DNA of 64,000 bases from an uncultured Acidimicrobiia bacterium (GCA_963744905.1 CAVUUV010000002.1:261382-325381), one strand, 5' to 3'; shown: positions 1 to 9,585, counted from the stretch's first letter. Notes: generated by a model not told the origin, from the sequence alone. Program-made: numbers and translations.

Positions 1-295
1 GGGACGACAGGAGGATCCTCACCAGGCCGGGCCTGGCCAACAAGACCGAAATTCCCCTCAGCCAACGCTCGAAGGCGAAGATGCGCCAGTTCAGAATCTC
101 TCCCGGGCGGCCCGACGCGAGGCGGGCGGCCAGGGCACCCAGACCCGACCGGGCCGCTACCTCCGGCGTCGACTCCGGTGAGCAAAGCACCGCCACCCCC
201 AGCTCGGACAGAGCAACCTGCAGAGCCCGGGCCACGGTGGACTTCCCCGCCCCCGGGGTTCCCATCAACTCCACCACTATGGGTTCATCGGTCAT
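1..295 (-). CDS. P-loop NTPase / kinase-like protein, N-terminal part (gene continues beyond window start)
   Basis: Minus-strand ATG at 295..293 overlaps the stop of the upstream sulfotransferase (ATGA). Translation MTDEPIVVELMGTPGAGKSTVARAL... contains a Walker A motif GTPGAGKST. Function inferred only from the motif and context. Confidence 0.45.
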   Translation of the reverse strand, partial: MTDEPIVVELMGTPGAGKSTVARALQVALSELGVAVLCSPESTPEVAARSGLGALAARLASGRPGEILNWRIFAFERWLRGISVLLARPGLVRILLSS

Positions 296-1224
296 GGCGA
301 GCGGTAACGGTCCAGAAACGAGAAGTCGGCCGTAGTCTCTGCCATCACCGTCCGGGCCGCCTCGGGCCAGTCCACCCTGTCCGACTCCCCCGGCCGGTCC
401 GCATTCACCAGGGCTGCGCACGCCCTCAGATAGTCCGGGTCGGCTTGCACACCCAGGAAACTGGCGACAGATTCCAAGGTCGGAACGGTTCGGGCCACGA
501 GATCCTCGTAATAGACCGTGGTCAGTCTCGGCTTCAGGAGTGCCCTCAGCATCTCGAGCCGCTCGCACTGCGACCTGTGGTCGTGGGCCGCGTCCACGGG
601 ATCGCGCCCGCTCCTCAAGACCATCGCTGCCACCGAGTCCGCCGGAGCCCGCACCATCTGGACGAACATCACCCGTCTCGGGGCCATTCGCTCGTCGAGT
701 AGGGCGATGCTGGCGGGCGATTCTCCAAGAATCCGCGTGGTCGGCCCCGCCCTGGACACACCTACCACGTGAGGCCGGCCCACACGACCCTGGTCCGATC
801 CCGCGATGGCGAGTGAGTAGCCACCATCGAGCCGTCGGGCTGTCACCCGGCCCTTCATCGCCTCCCGTCGGGACGACCGAGCCAGGACCCCGATAACCTC
901 GTCGGCCGTGAAACCGGCTTCGACCAGGTCCATGACATCCACTTCGTCACCGAACACCACATCAGGGTGGGCATCGAGCATTGCTCCCAGCAAGCTGCCT
1001 CCGCTCTTGGTATGGCCCAGCAGGACACACAGCGTTCCTACCGCCGTGAACCTGCCCGGATCGGCACTGTTGGCGGCCCGGGCCCGCCGCCGGCGTCGCC
1101 AGCGATCGACCGAGGCTACCGGCTCGCTCCGCCGCAATCGGCGCATAGGCTCGCTCTTCAACACCTTCCGGGCCGGCTTCGAGTTGAGGAGCGCCACCCA
1201 GGCCCGCTCCCTGGCGGACGTCAT
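292..1224 (-). CDS. Sulfotransferase family protein (paralog 1 of 4)
   Basis: Track ORF 292..1980 trimmed to the internal ATG at 1224, which overlaps the stop of the ligase gene (tcat = ATGA). Carries PAPS 5'-PSB-like LGHTKSGGSL and a 3'-PB-like region. Similar to Stf0/Sulfotransfer_3-type enzymes. Confidence 0.7.
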   Translation of the reverse strand: MTSARERAWVALLNSKPARKVLKSEPMRRLRRSEPVASVDRWRRRRRARAANSADPGRFTAVGTLCVLLGHTKSGGSLLGAMLDAHPDVVFGDEVDVMDLVEAGFTADEVIGVLARSSRREAMKGRVTARRLDGGYSLAIAGSDQGRVGRPHVVGVSRAGPTTRILGESPASIALLDERMAPRRVMFVQMVRAPADSVAAMVLRSGRDPVDAAHDHRSQCERLEMLRALLKPRLTTVYYEDLVARTVPTLESVASFLGVQADPDYLRACAALVNADRPGESDRVDWPEAARTVMAETTADFSFLDRYRSP

Positions 1225-2669
1225 GACTCCGCTGACATGGAGGACGGTTTCCGTGCCTTGTCCACCCCGCTGAAGGCATTGCCGATCAGTGCCAGACTCA
1301 ACCACCAGACAGCAAGGCCGACGCTGACCACCATGTTCGAGAACGAGCTGACGATGACGTGGCCGAGGATGACGAACCACAGGATGACCACCAGCTTCCT
1401 CCCGTACAGCCCGTTCCCCCGAAGGCGCGACAAGCCCTTGGGCGTCTTGGCCAGCCAGTAAAGGGCGGCCCCGAGGTAGGCGATCAGACCGACCAGTCCC
1501 TGCTCGGCGAGAATGGTAAGGAACAAATTGTGTGATGAGTGATCCTTGGTGGGAACGAACAGGTCTCCCACCCGCGACTGGAACAACGTGTCGTAGCGGT
1601 CGAAGTTGCCATATCCCCAACCGGTGACCGGCTTCTCCTCGAACATCCTCACCGAGGCGATCATCACCGGTAGACGACTGAGGGCGGTCGTCTCGGAGGC
1701 CGGAGAGTAGACCCTCTCCCTCAGATAGCTGGAGAGCCATCCAGAGCTGCCGATGGCGAGAAAGGCGACCACGGCCACCACCCCCGCCACCAGGATCACC
1801 CGGGCCGCATTCCGGTAGGCGAAGAAGACCCCTACCAATACCACGATGGCCGCCAGCCAACTCGCCCGGGAGAAGGTGGCGAAGGCCATCACCACTCCCA
1901 GGGTGAAGCCGGGCAGTCCCCAACGCCGAAGACTTCCCGACAACTGACGCGACAGGTGCAGTACCAGGGCGCCGGCCCACAGGGCCACGATGCCGAAGAC
2001 GTTGGCCTGGTCGAGCGACCCGGTAGTGCGTTCACCTACCCGGCCCAGCAGGCGATCCGGGAGAACCCCGGGGGCAAACCATTGAGCCAACCCGATCAAC
2101 GCCTGCGAGACGAGCACAAACATCAGAATGTAGGTGAACTTGCGCAACTCGGCACGCTTGGGGGGGACAAGGCGAACGAGCAGGTAGAGGATCATGGGGA
2201 CCCCTGCCCGGTCATACAGGTGCCTCAACTCGGCGCCTACGTCGTTGGAGAGGTACAGGATCGAAAGTGCCGTGACGACCAGGTATGCCGCCATCAGCAA
2301 CTCCGCCACGCCCAGCCTGGGCAGGCGGCGATCAGAGGCCCTGGCCATGCTGGAGGCGACCACGACCACCAGGGTGGCCAGTGGCGCCAACCTGTGCACC
2401 AGCCAGTAGGCCAACTTCAGGCTTCCCCCGTCTTCCAGTCCGGACATGAACGGGAGCACCAGCATCCACACACCCACGGTGATCAGTGGATAGCGATGAA
2501 CGACCAGAAACACCGGAACAACCAGCAACACCGCAGCCAACTCGAACCACATTCCACGGCTGACGGCGATGGCCGATACGATCGATCCCACCACCGCTAC
2601 CAGCAGCCACAGGAGTCGACCAGGCCAGCGCCTGATCCAGGGCAGCTGCGGGGCAAGCTCGGCGGTCAC
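1221..2669 (-). CDS. O-antigen ligase / Wzy_C-family polytopic membrane protein
   Basis: 482 aa, about 12 predicted TM helices. Wzy_C-like periplasmic loop motif WGYGNFDRYD...SSHNLFLTILAEQGLVGL. Confidence 0.7.
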   Translation of the reverse strand: MTAELAPQLPWIRRWPGRLLWLLVAVVGSIVSAIAVSRGMWFELAAVLLVVPVFLVVHRYPLITVGVWMLVLPFMSGLEDGGSLKLAYWLVHRLAPLATLVVVVASSMARASDRRLPRLGVAELLMAAYLVVTALSILYLSNDVGAELRHLYDRAGVPMILYLLVRLVPPKRAELRKFTYILMFVLVSQALIGLAQWFAPGVLPDRLLGRVGERTTGSLDQANVFGIVALWAGALVLHLSRQLSGSLRRWGLPGFTLGVVMAFATFSRASWLAAIVVLVGVFFAYRNAARVILVAGVVAVVAFLAIGSSGWLSSYLRERVYSPASETTALSRLPVMIASVRMFEEKPVTGWGYGNFDRYDTLFQSRVGDLFVPTKDHSSHNLFLTILAEQGLVGLIAYLGAALYWLAKTPKGLSRLRGNGLYGRKLVVILWFVILGHVIVSSFSNMVVSVGLAVWWLSLALIGNAFSGVDKARKPSSMSAES

Positions 2670-3670
2670 GTTCCTGTCTCCGAACGAACGAACCTATGGC
2701 TGGGAATCCGGCGTCCGACGCGATCCAGGACCCGATCCCTCACCTCCCACAGGTACATCCTGGCGCCCTCCAGGGGGACCACCACCATCGTGAACCACAA
2801 CCCGGCCAGCCGATTCTGCGAGGGCCGATCCGGCTCGTATCCCAGTCGCTGCATGGGACCGGAGACGGCGCGTTCGATGTAACGAACCTGTCCCTCACTC
2901 AAGACATCCCTAAATCGGCCTATCGAATCGGTGGTTATCGCTCCGGCCCGACGCCGTCCATACGAGCTGTTGCCCGTTTCGTCGAAATCGTCGGCACCCT
3001 GCATTGACAGCATCTCCGCGGTGTAGTCGACCCCGATGAACCCACACACAGTCTTCAAATGCCCTTCGGGGTCGGAAACCAGATCTTCATACCGAACCAG
3101 AAGATAGGAATCCGGCCAACGCACGGTGTTCTTCTCCGCCCGACGGACCGAGAACCGCCATTGCGCCACTCCCACACCGGCGCCGCCTCGCCGGCGCTCC
3201 CACCGCTTCTGCACCGACGCGTAGCGATCGCGGGGATCACGAATCATGTGAATGATCCGTGCCCCCGGGTAGGCTGCCAGGATCTGCTGGGCGTGGCGCT
3301 CCGTCATGAGCGACTTGTCTCCCCACCGGGGCTTTCCCACTCGATCGGCGAATTGGCGTTCCAACAGTTCGAACAGCCGGGGATAGCTAGAAGGCCCCGA
3401 TCGGAAATCTCGTCGCAGACGATCCCAGTCGATGTTCAACTTCACCAGGCGCTTGTAGCGGGACATCACATCGAGGCATCTATCCAGATTGCGATCATGG
3501 GAAAGATCGCCGTAGCGCCGGTAGAAGTACCTCCACAGGTTGGTCCGTCTGGTCATGGCGATCTCGGGATGAGATGAGAGCAGCGCATACATCAAGCTGG
3601 TTCCGGTACGCTCCAATCCGGCCACGAAGACTGGACCGGCCGGCCGCGTGGTTGACGTGCTTTCGGTCAT
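2666..3670 (-). CDS. Sulfotransferase family protein (paralog 2)
   Basis: Start ATG at 3670 overlaps the upstream stop (ATGA). Motifs GLERTGTSLMY (5'-PSB) and IHMIRDPRDRYAS (3'-PB, RDPRD). Confidence 0.75.
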   Translation of the reverse strand: MTESTSTTRPAGPVFVAGLERTGTSLMYALLSSHPEIAMTRRTNLWRYFYRRYGDLSHDRNLDRCLDVMSRYKRLVKLNIDWDRLRRDFRSGPSSYPRLFELLERQFADRVGKPRWGDKSLMTERHAQQILAAYPGARIIHMIRDPRDRYASVQKRWERRRGGAGVGVAQWRFSVRRAEKNTVRWPDSYLLVRYEDLVSDPEGHLKTVCGFIGVDYTAEMLSMQGADDFDETGNSSYGRRRAGAITTDSIGRFRDVLSEGQVRYIERAVSGPMQRLGYEPDRPSQNRLAGLWFTMVVVPLEGARMYLWEVRDRVLDRVGRRIPSHRFVRSETGT

Positions 3671-4530
3671 CGTGCTTGCGCAAACCGCACGCGGGTACGG
3701 AACACCGTTCGGTCGACCAATCCCGAGAGAAACGGCGGCGGGCCGGCCGCCGCCGCGGCATAGCCCAGATCTCTCATCTCTTCTGCAACCAGATCCTCCA
3801 GGACCGGAACGAACCACGCCGGCGGTGGCGACTCCTTGGAATCAGGGGCGATCTCCGGCGACCGTCCACCGGGTTGCGTTTCGAATCCGAGGATGTCGAC
3901 CACTCGGTCCAACACACCCGATGGATCATGGGTCAGCTGCTCCCAAGGCAAGACCCAATACCGGTCTCCGAAGCGATCCTGATTGACGATCGCCAAACGA
4001 GCCGACTGAGCCCAGGTGGCCAGATCCCATCCCCGTCGACCAATCCGCCCGGCGCGGCGGGAGAATCCCAGCAAATGACGGGGATCGCGTATGAGATGCA
4101 CCATACGGGCGTGGGGCAGGTCCGTCAGGAGCGAGGCGGCCAGGCGCTCCAAACCACGCAGCTGAACCACCTTCGCCCGCACCGCATCGACTTCCTGAAT
4201 GGCGGCGAACAACGACCCGTACGACAGCGGAGTGCCGGCGTTATCCAGATCCTCCGCTATGCGGAGGACATCGGCCGACGTCGACCCCACCGACCCGTCC
4301 TTACCCAAAGCGACGGCGCAGAGTGCCAGGTTGGACGGATGGACAAGATCTCCATAGCGTCCGTAATGGCGGGTCCAGAAGTACGCCTTCCGGATCACCT
4401 CGATTCCCGGTGTGCCCGCCAGCAGCCGCCCCAGTTCGGTCTTGCCCGAATGAGCCATGCCCGTGACGAACAGCGGACCGGCCTGCCCTAGATGCCCGAG
4501 ATGATCGCCCGACCTGCTCTCGGGAATCAT
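3667..4530 (-). CDS. Sulfotransferase family protein (paralog 3)
   Basis: Start ATG at 4530 overlaps the upstream stop (ATGA). Motifs GMAHSGKTELG and LIRDPRHLLGF. Confidence 0.65.
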   Translation of the reverse strand: MIPESRSGDHLGHLGQAGPLFVTGMAHSGKTELGRLLAGTPGIEVIRKAYFWTRHYGRYGDLVHPSNLALCAVALGKDGSVGSTSADVLRIAEDLDNAGTPLSYGSLFAAIQEVDAVRAKVVQLRGLERLAASLLTDLPHARMVHLIRDPRHLLGFSRRAGRIGRRGWDLATWAQSARLAIVNQDRFGDRYWVLPWEQLTHDPSGVLDRVVDILGFETQPGGRSPEIAPDSKESPPPAWFVPVLEDLVAEEMRDLGYAAAAAGPPPFLSGLVDRTVFRTRVRFAQAR

Positions 4531-5573
4531 GCCGCAGGCTCCACGATCATTCGCCGGCCTGGCTTCCTTCCCACCAGGCCGGGAAGATGCTGTTGAAGAG
4601 ACTCGGCAACCCTCCACGCCACCATCCGCGCCGTTTGATCCGGCCAGACCCCGAAGATGAACCGCACCCACTGACCGGCACTGAACTGGATGGGGTCCCT
4701 CCGGTAGCCGCGCTCGGCCATACCACGGCCGGCATGAAGGTCGATGAAGGCGCGCTCGAACCCATCGATCCGGTCCCGATGGAGCCCGATGTAGGAATCA
4801 GACAACAATTCGTCGCCGCCGTCTGATGAGAGGAGCCGATCGCGGTGGCGTGGCGCGCCTCGCATTTCGAGCATCTCGGGACGAAAATCCTCCTCCAGGA
4901 ATTCGCACACCGACCGAAGTGTCGCCTCGGTATCACGGATCAAATCCTCAAACCTCACCACCCGGTAACGATCCGGCCACCGCCGCTCGTTGGCCCGGGC
5001 CAGGCGATTGGAGTAATTCCAGCGGGCGACTGCACCCCCCGCCCGGCCTTTGCCGTCGGGCCACAGTGCCAGGGACGCTTCGTAGCGGTCCCTGGGATCA
5101 CGCACCATATGGACCACCCGGAGACCGCCGTAGGAGCGAAACAACTCGGGCGCATACCGCTCTATCAGACCCGTTTGAGCTCCCCACCGAGGCTTGCCTT
5201 CCCGTTCAGCATATTGACGGAGAAAGAGGCCGAACAACTGGGCATAGGTTCTCTCTCCGGCCAGGAAGCGGACGCGGATCTGATCGAAGTCGGGCTTCAA
5301 GAAGACGACGTGCTTGTAGCGACTCATCGCATCGAGGCAGCGGTCCAGATTGCCGTCGTCTCGCAGGTCCCCGTACTGCCGGTAGAAGTAGGTCCACATG
5401 TTCGACCCCACGGCCGGTATGGCGACATTGGGATGGGAGGCGAGAAAAGCGGCCATGGTGGTCTTGCCGCTTCGATCCAGCCCCCCGATGTAGATCGGGT
5501 CGCCCGAACCCGGGCCGACTACCGCCCGGCCGGCCCCCTCGAACAGAGGAGCGGGATCATGCCTCGACGGCAT
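4527..5573 (-). CDS. Sulfotransferase family protein (paralog 4)
   Basis: Motifs GLDRSGKTTMA and VHMVRDPRDRYEAS. Start taken at MPSRHDPAPLF (5573) to minimise overlap with the Wzz-like gene; M at 5621 is an alternative start. Confidence 0.7.
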   Translation of the reverse strand: MPSRHDPAPLFEGAGRAVVGPGSGDPIYIGGLDRSGKTTMAAFLASHPNVAIPAVGSNMWTYFYRQYGDLRDDGNLDRCLDAMSRYKHVVFLKPDFDQIRVRFLAGERTYAQLFGLFLRQYAEREGKPRWGAQTGLIERYAPELFRSYGGLRVVHMVRDPRDRYEASLALWPDGKGRAGGAVARWNYSNRLARANERRWPDRYRVVRFEDLIRDTEATLRSVCEFLEEDFRPEMLEMRGAPRHRDRLLSSDGGDELLSDSYIGLHRDRIDGFERAFIDLHAGRGMAERGYRRDPIQFSAGQWVRFIFGVWPDQTARMVAWRVAESLQQHLPGLVGRKPGRRMIVEPAA

Positions 5574-6573
5574 CGCTGGGCACACTCTCCAATCGATGAG
5601 AGTCGGTCGACGTGTATTCACGCACCTCTATCTCGACGTGAAGGGGCCTGGCCAGCTGCATGGTCTCGATCGAGGCCACCCAGTCTTCGAGCAACCGACG
5701 GCAGGCGTTTCCGTCTACCTCGGGGAAGATGGTCGACAGGGTGCGGGGCTCGGTTGCGCAGAGGACGTCCTGGGGCCGCAAAGCTTCCGACAGGAGGTCG
5801 CCGACGGCACGAATGGTGGCGCCTTCGACCGGTCGATCCTCGTCCTCGAGATCCTCGAGTTTCAATATCCCCACAGAGAAGGTGGATGGCGCCCCGTCGA
5901 GGCGGGCTATCTCTTCTCTCATCCTGAGCTGAAAGTAGTCGGCGTTGAACATCCCCGAGACGGGATCCAGGATCTCGAACGATGTCTTGCGGCCGGCAGC
6001 CCGCGAGAAGTAGTCGACCAGGAATGCCAGGACCCAACCGAGAAGGAAGCCAAACACGGCTCCGATCACGATGGTCAGCGGTTTGTTGGGCCCCGACGGT
6101 GAGTTCGGCGCCTGGGGAGGGTCGAGCGGTTGAAGCTCATAGGCATCGTGGAGAGCATCAACATAGGCGACGGTCTCGGCGCCGATTGCCTGTGCGAAGG
6201 CGAATGACTTGTCGGGATCGGTGCTCTCGACCGAGATCCGGATCATGTTGGTCCCAGTGACCACATCAGAGTTGACCCGTATCCCGCCCTTGGACTGTCC
6301 GACCTGTTCGGCGGCTCGGTCACGTACCAGATCACTGCGGGCTATGGCGGCATAAGTCGAGTTGATCTCGACACCTCTGTTCAGGGTGTTGAATGCCTGT
6401 ACGATCTCGTCGGCGGTCGAGGCGCGGGGACGGACGATGAGGGTGCCCCCGGACTGGTATACCCAGGGCTGTTGAGCCACGAAGGCGATGGTCAAGCCCA
6501 GGGTGAGCGAGAAGCACACCGCCACCAGGATCCAGTGATCCCGCAGGATCTTCAGGTACCGACGAATTTCCAT
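5557..6573 (-). CDS. Wzz/polysaccharide co-polymerase-like protein with C-terminal degenerate GGDEF-like cytoplasmic domain
   Basis: N-terminal YLKILRDHWILVAVCFSLTLGL (Wzz TM1), periplasmic segment, then second TM LTIVIGAVFGFLLGWVLAFLV. The C-terminal ~130 aa align with the GGDEF fold (DPVSGMFNADYF..., SVGILKLEDL, ...CATEPRTLSTIFP in place of RYGGEEF). Confidence 0.6.
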   Translation of the reverse strand: MEIRRYLKILRDHWILVAVCFSLTLGLTIAFVAQQPWVYQSGGTLIVRPRASTADEIVQAFNTLNRGVEINSTYAAIARSDLVRDRAAEQVGQSKGGIRVNSDVVTGTNMIRISVESTDPDKSFAFAQAIGAETVAYVDALHDAYELQPLDPPQAPNSPSGPNKPLTIVIGAVFGFLLGWVLAFLVDYFSRAAGRKTSFEILDPVSGMFNADYFQLRMREEIARLDGAPSTFSVGILKLEDLEDEDRPVEGATIRAVGDLLSEALRPQDVLCATEPRTLSTIFPEVDGNACRRLLEDWVASIETMQLARPLHVEIEVREYTSTDSHRLESVPSDAVEA

Positions 6574-6574
6574 T

Positions 6575-7816
6575 TCAGATACTCCCCTGATAGAACTTGC
6601 CGACTGCCATGGCTACTCGTGCGAGAGCCTCAACCGGCATCTCCGGATACATCGGAAGGGAGAGAATCCTCTGCGCCCCTTCCTCCGTCACCGGAAACGC
6701 CCCCCTCCGATAACCCAGCTCCCGGTGGGCCTCCTGAAGATGTACGGGCAGCGGATAGTGGATTCCCGTTGCCACCCGGTTCCGGCTCAGGTGCTCGATG
6801 AGCGCCTCCCGATCGTCCACCTCGACCACGAATAGATGGTATACGTGTTCGATCGCCGAGAACTCCGTCGGCAACTGAACGGGAAAGGCCGTCAACAGAT
6901 CTCGGTACACGGCGGCTGCCAATCGCCGGGAGGCGTTGGCTTCGTCGAGCCGGATGAGCTTGACCCGGAGAACGGCCGCCTGCAATGTGTCGAGGCGCCG
7001 GTTGAAACCCTTGACAGTGTGGTGGTATTTCACCTCCGACCCCAGGTTCCGCAGTAATCGGATCCGCCGAGCCAACCCGGCGTCGCTGGTCACCACCATC
7101 CCTCCGTCACCAAAGCCACCCAGGTTCTTGCTGGGATAGAAACTGAAGGCGGCAGCATCTCCCAGTGATCCGGCTCGCACGCCCTGGTGCCGTGCGCCGT
7201 GCGCCTGGCATGCATCCTCGATCAACGCCAGACCGTGCCGATGGGCGATCTCCGCCAGCCGACCCATGTCGGCCGGGCGCCCGTAGAGATGGACGGCGAT
7301 GACGGCCGCGGTCGATGGAGTTATCGCCGCTTCGACCTGTTCCGGATCCAGGTCGTAGGTAATTGGATCCACGTCTACCAGCACCGGCCGGGCACCGACC
7401 GCATCTATTGCGTTCACCGTGGCGATGAAGGTGTTGGCCGCGGTGATCACCTCGTCACCCGGGCCGATCCCCATTCCTCGCAGTATCAATTCCAGAGCCG
7501 AGAAGCCCGAGTCGACACCGATGCCGAACCCCGCCTCACAGAACGCGGCGAACTCGGACTCGAAGCGCGCCACCGCCTCCCCGAGCACGAAGTCACCCTT
7601 TTCGAGAACTGCCGCCATGGCCGCGTCGATCGCAGACTTAGATCGCTGGTATTCACCACGGAGGTCTACGAATGGCACCTCACGTTGTGGCTCCACCCGC
7701 AGCCCGGGCTGGTCTCTGGTTCGTAGGTCGATGACGATGCCGTCTGTCTCCTCCTCGTCTTCGGGGACGAGGAGGAGAAGTCCTTCGCCATCCATCTCCG
7801 GTTCCAACGCTGTCAT
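6575..7816 (-). CDS. DegT/DnrJ/EryC1/StrS-family PLP-dependent sugar aminotransferase
   Basis: Motifs ALIEDACQAHGA and FSFYPSKNLGGFGDGGMVVTSD (PLP lysine). N-terminal ~50 aa may be an over-extension. Confidence 0.85.
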   Translation of the reverse strand: MTALEPEMDGEGLLLLVPEDEEETDGIVIDLRTRDQPGLRVEPQREVPFVDLRGEYQRSKSAIDAAMAAVLEKGDFVLGEAVARFESEFAAFCEAGFGIGVDSGFSALELILRGMGIGPGDEVITAANTFIATVNAIDAVGARPVLVDVDPITYDLDPEQVEAAITPSTAAVIAVHLYGRPADMGRLAEIAHRHGLALIEDACQAHGARHQGVRAGSLGDAAAFSFYPSKNLGGFGDGGMVVTSDAGLARRIRLLRNLGSEVKYHHTVKGFNRRLDTLQAAVLRVKLIRLDEANASRRLAAAVYRDLLTAFPVQLPTEFSAIEHVYHLFVVEVDDREALIEHLSRNRVATGIHYPLPVHLQEAHRELGYRRGAFPVTEEGAQRILSLPMYPEMPVEALARVAMAVGKFYQGSI

Positions 7817-7825
7817 GACCGCCTC

Positions 7826-8899
7826 CTATCGAGCCGCTTGGCCGCTGGTTGATTCGACCAGATCCCGAGCCGACATGGTGTTCACGTCCATCGGGGCGCC
7901 GCTGTCAGCCAGCGACTTCTGTGCGGCCTCGATGACCTGCACGACTCTCAGGCCGGAAGCGCCATCGGAAGTCGGCGCTTTCCCGGTACGAATCGATTCG
8001 ATGAACTGGCGGCATTCGACTCGAAGCGGTTCCTCGAAATGAATGTGTGGGCTGACCACACTTCCATAGTGGTAGGCGAATTGGAAGTCTCCATAGGTGT
8101 CCGTCCGGCGGATGGTGGTCACGCGTTTGTCGAATATGCGCAGCTTCTCCATCGGTTCCACATCGTCATAGACCACCATCTTCTCGGAACCGACCACGGT
8201 TATGCGCCGCGTCTTCAGAGGATCCAGCCAACTCATCCTCGTATTGGCAGTCATGCCGTTGGGATAGTTGAGGGTGAGATAAGCCACATCCGCCACGTCC
8301 TCGTGCACACAGGCCGCACCTCTGGCAGACACGTCGGAGGGCATCGTCCCGGTCAGATAGTTCAGGATCGAGATGTCGTGGGGAGCCAGATCCCAGATGA
8401 CATTGAGGGTGGGATGAAACAAGCCGAGGCCGACGCGCACACCATCGATGTAGAGGATTCGGCCCAGCTCCCCGCTGTCGATGATTCCCTTGAGGTCCCT
8501 CACCGCCTGGTTGTACTCGAAAGTGTGACCCACCATCAGGATTCTGTCGGCGTGCTCGGCCTTGATCGCAAGATCGGCCGCGGTCGTGGCGGACACGGTC
8601 AGTGGCTTCTCCACCAGCACGTGATGTCCCGACATGAGGAAGTCGGAGGCGATGGCGTGGTGGGTCTCGGGAGGCGTGCAGATTGCCACCGCGTCCAGAT
8701 CCAGTTCTAGGAGTTCCCGATAGTCGGTCGTGAAGACATCCACGGTCCGATAGCGCTCCGCCACCCGCTCGAGCAGGTTGCGGTTGAGATCGGCGATTCC
8801 GACCAGGTCGACATCCGGCATCTCCCAGAAATTGCGAATGATGTTCGGGCCCCAGTAGCCGCTACCTACGACGGCTGCCCGTACGCGTTGGCTTGTCAA
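7826..8899 (-). CDS. Gfo/Idh/MocA-family NAD(P)-dependent sugar dehydrogenase (WbpB-like)
   Basis: N-terminal Rossmann AAVVGSGYWGPNIIRNF and a Gfo/Idh/MocA C-terminal domain. TTG start at 8899 overlaps the upstream stop (TTGA). Confidence 0.8.
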   Translation of the reverse strand: MTSQRVRAAVVGSGYWGPNIIRNFWEMPDVDLVGIADLNRNLLERVAERYRTVDVFTTDYRELLELDLDAVAICTPPETHHAIASDFLMSGHHVLVEKPLTVSATTAADLAIKAEHADRILMVGHTFEYNQAVRDLKGIIDSGELGRILYIDGVRVGLGLFHPTLNVIWDLAPHDISILNYLTGTMPSDVSARGAACVHEDVADVAYLTLNYPNGMTANTRMSWLDPLKTRRITVVGSEKMVVYDDVEPMEKLRIFDKRVTTIRRTDTYGDFQFAYHYGSVVSPHIHFEEPLRVECRQFIESIRTGKAPTSDGASGLRVVQVIEAAQKSLADSGAPMDVNTMSARDLVESTSGQAAR

Positions 8900-9585
8900 C
8901 CCGCTCCCTCCCCTGCAAATACGGCCGGAAGAGTGAGGAACACAATCCGGAGATCGAACACGAGGCTCTGTCGAGCGATATATTCCAGATCGAGATCGAT
9001 CATCTCTTCAAATGGAGTGGTGGCCCTGCCCCTTATCTGCCACCAGCCGGTCAGACCCTGGGGGGTGGCGAACCGGCGCATGTGGCGCTCCCCGTACAGA
9101 GGAACCTCATAGTCGATGGGCGGCCGGGGCCCAACCAGGCTCATGTCTCCGCGAACCACATTCCACAGCTGGGGAAGCTCATCCAGACTGAAAGCCCTGA
9201 GAAACCGTCCGACACGGGTGATCCGGCTGTCTCGTCCCAGCTTGTACGACCCCTCTGTCCGCATCGATTCGGCGGCCGAGACCGTTACGTCGTCACCCTG
9301 GATGTAGGCAGCGATGTATTCGCGATGGACCGACTGGTCGGCTTGCCACCGCATGGTCCGGAACTTGTAGAGCGTGAAGGGTCGGACCCCCCACGCATCG
9401 GCCCTCCGCGTCAGAGGCCGAGACCCGATCCGCGTCTGGCGAAAGAACACCGGACCGGGACTGTCTAGCCGTATCAATAGGGCCACAACCGCCAATACCG
9501 GCAGGGCCAAGACAAGCAAGATCGACCCGACGCCGATATCGAATCCGCGCTTGGCCAGGTAATAACCCGAGGAACGGTCACCCAT
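8896..9585 (-). CDS. Bacterial sugar transferase (undecaprenyl-phosphate sugar phosphotransferase, PglC/WbaP C-domain type)
   Basis: Motifs [10 protein letters not shown]...LYKFRTMR...[21 protein letters not shown]. Start placed at [16 protein letters not shown] (9585); the track ORF extends to 9684. Confidence 0.8.
   Translation of the reverse strand: MGDRSSGYYLAKRGFDIGVGSILLVLALPVLAVVALLIRLDSPGPVFFRQTRIGSRPLTRRADAWGVRPFTLYKFRTMRWQADQSVHREYIAAYIQGDDVTVSAAESMRTEGSYKLGRDSRITRVGRFLRAFSLDELPQLWNVVRGDMSLVGPRPPIDYEVPLYGERHMRRFATPQGLTGWWQIRGRATTPFEEMIDLDLEYIARQSLVFDLRIVFLTLPAVFAGEGAG

Noticed and set aside
292-1980. 562-aa track ORF extending the sulfotransferase 750 nt upstream across the ligase gene
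   Set aside because: The N-terminal 250 aa is Gly/Arg/Pro low-complexity read in an alternative frame of the Wzy_C-like gene. An internal ATG at 1224 overlaps the upstream stop (ATGA), exactly like the other three sulfotransferases.
1956-2882. 308-aa plus-strand ORF antisense to the ligase/sulfotransferase genes
   Set aside because: His/Gln/Arg-rich low-complexity translation typical of a GC-rich antisense frame; no motif; overlaps two good genes.
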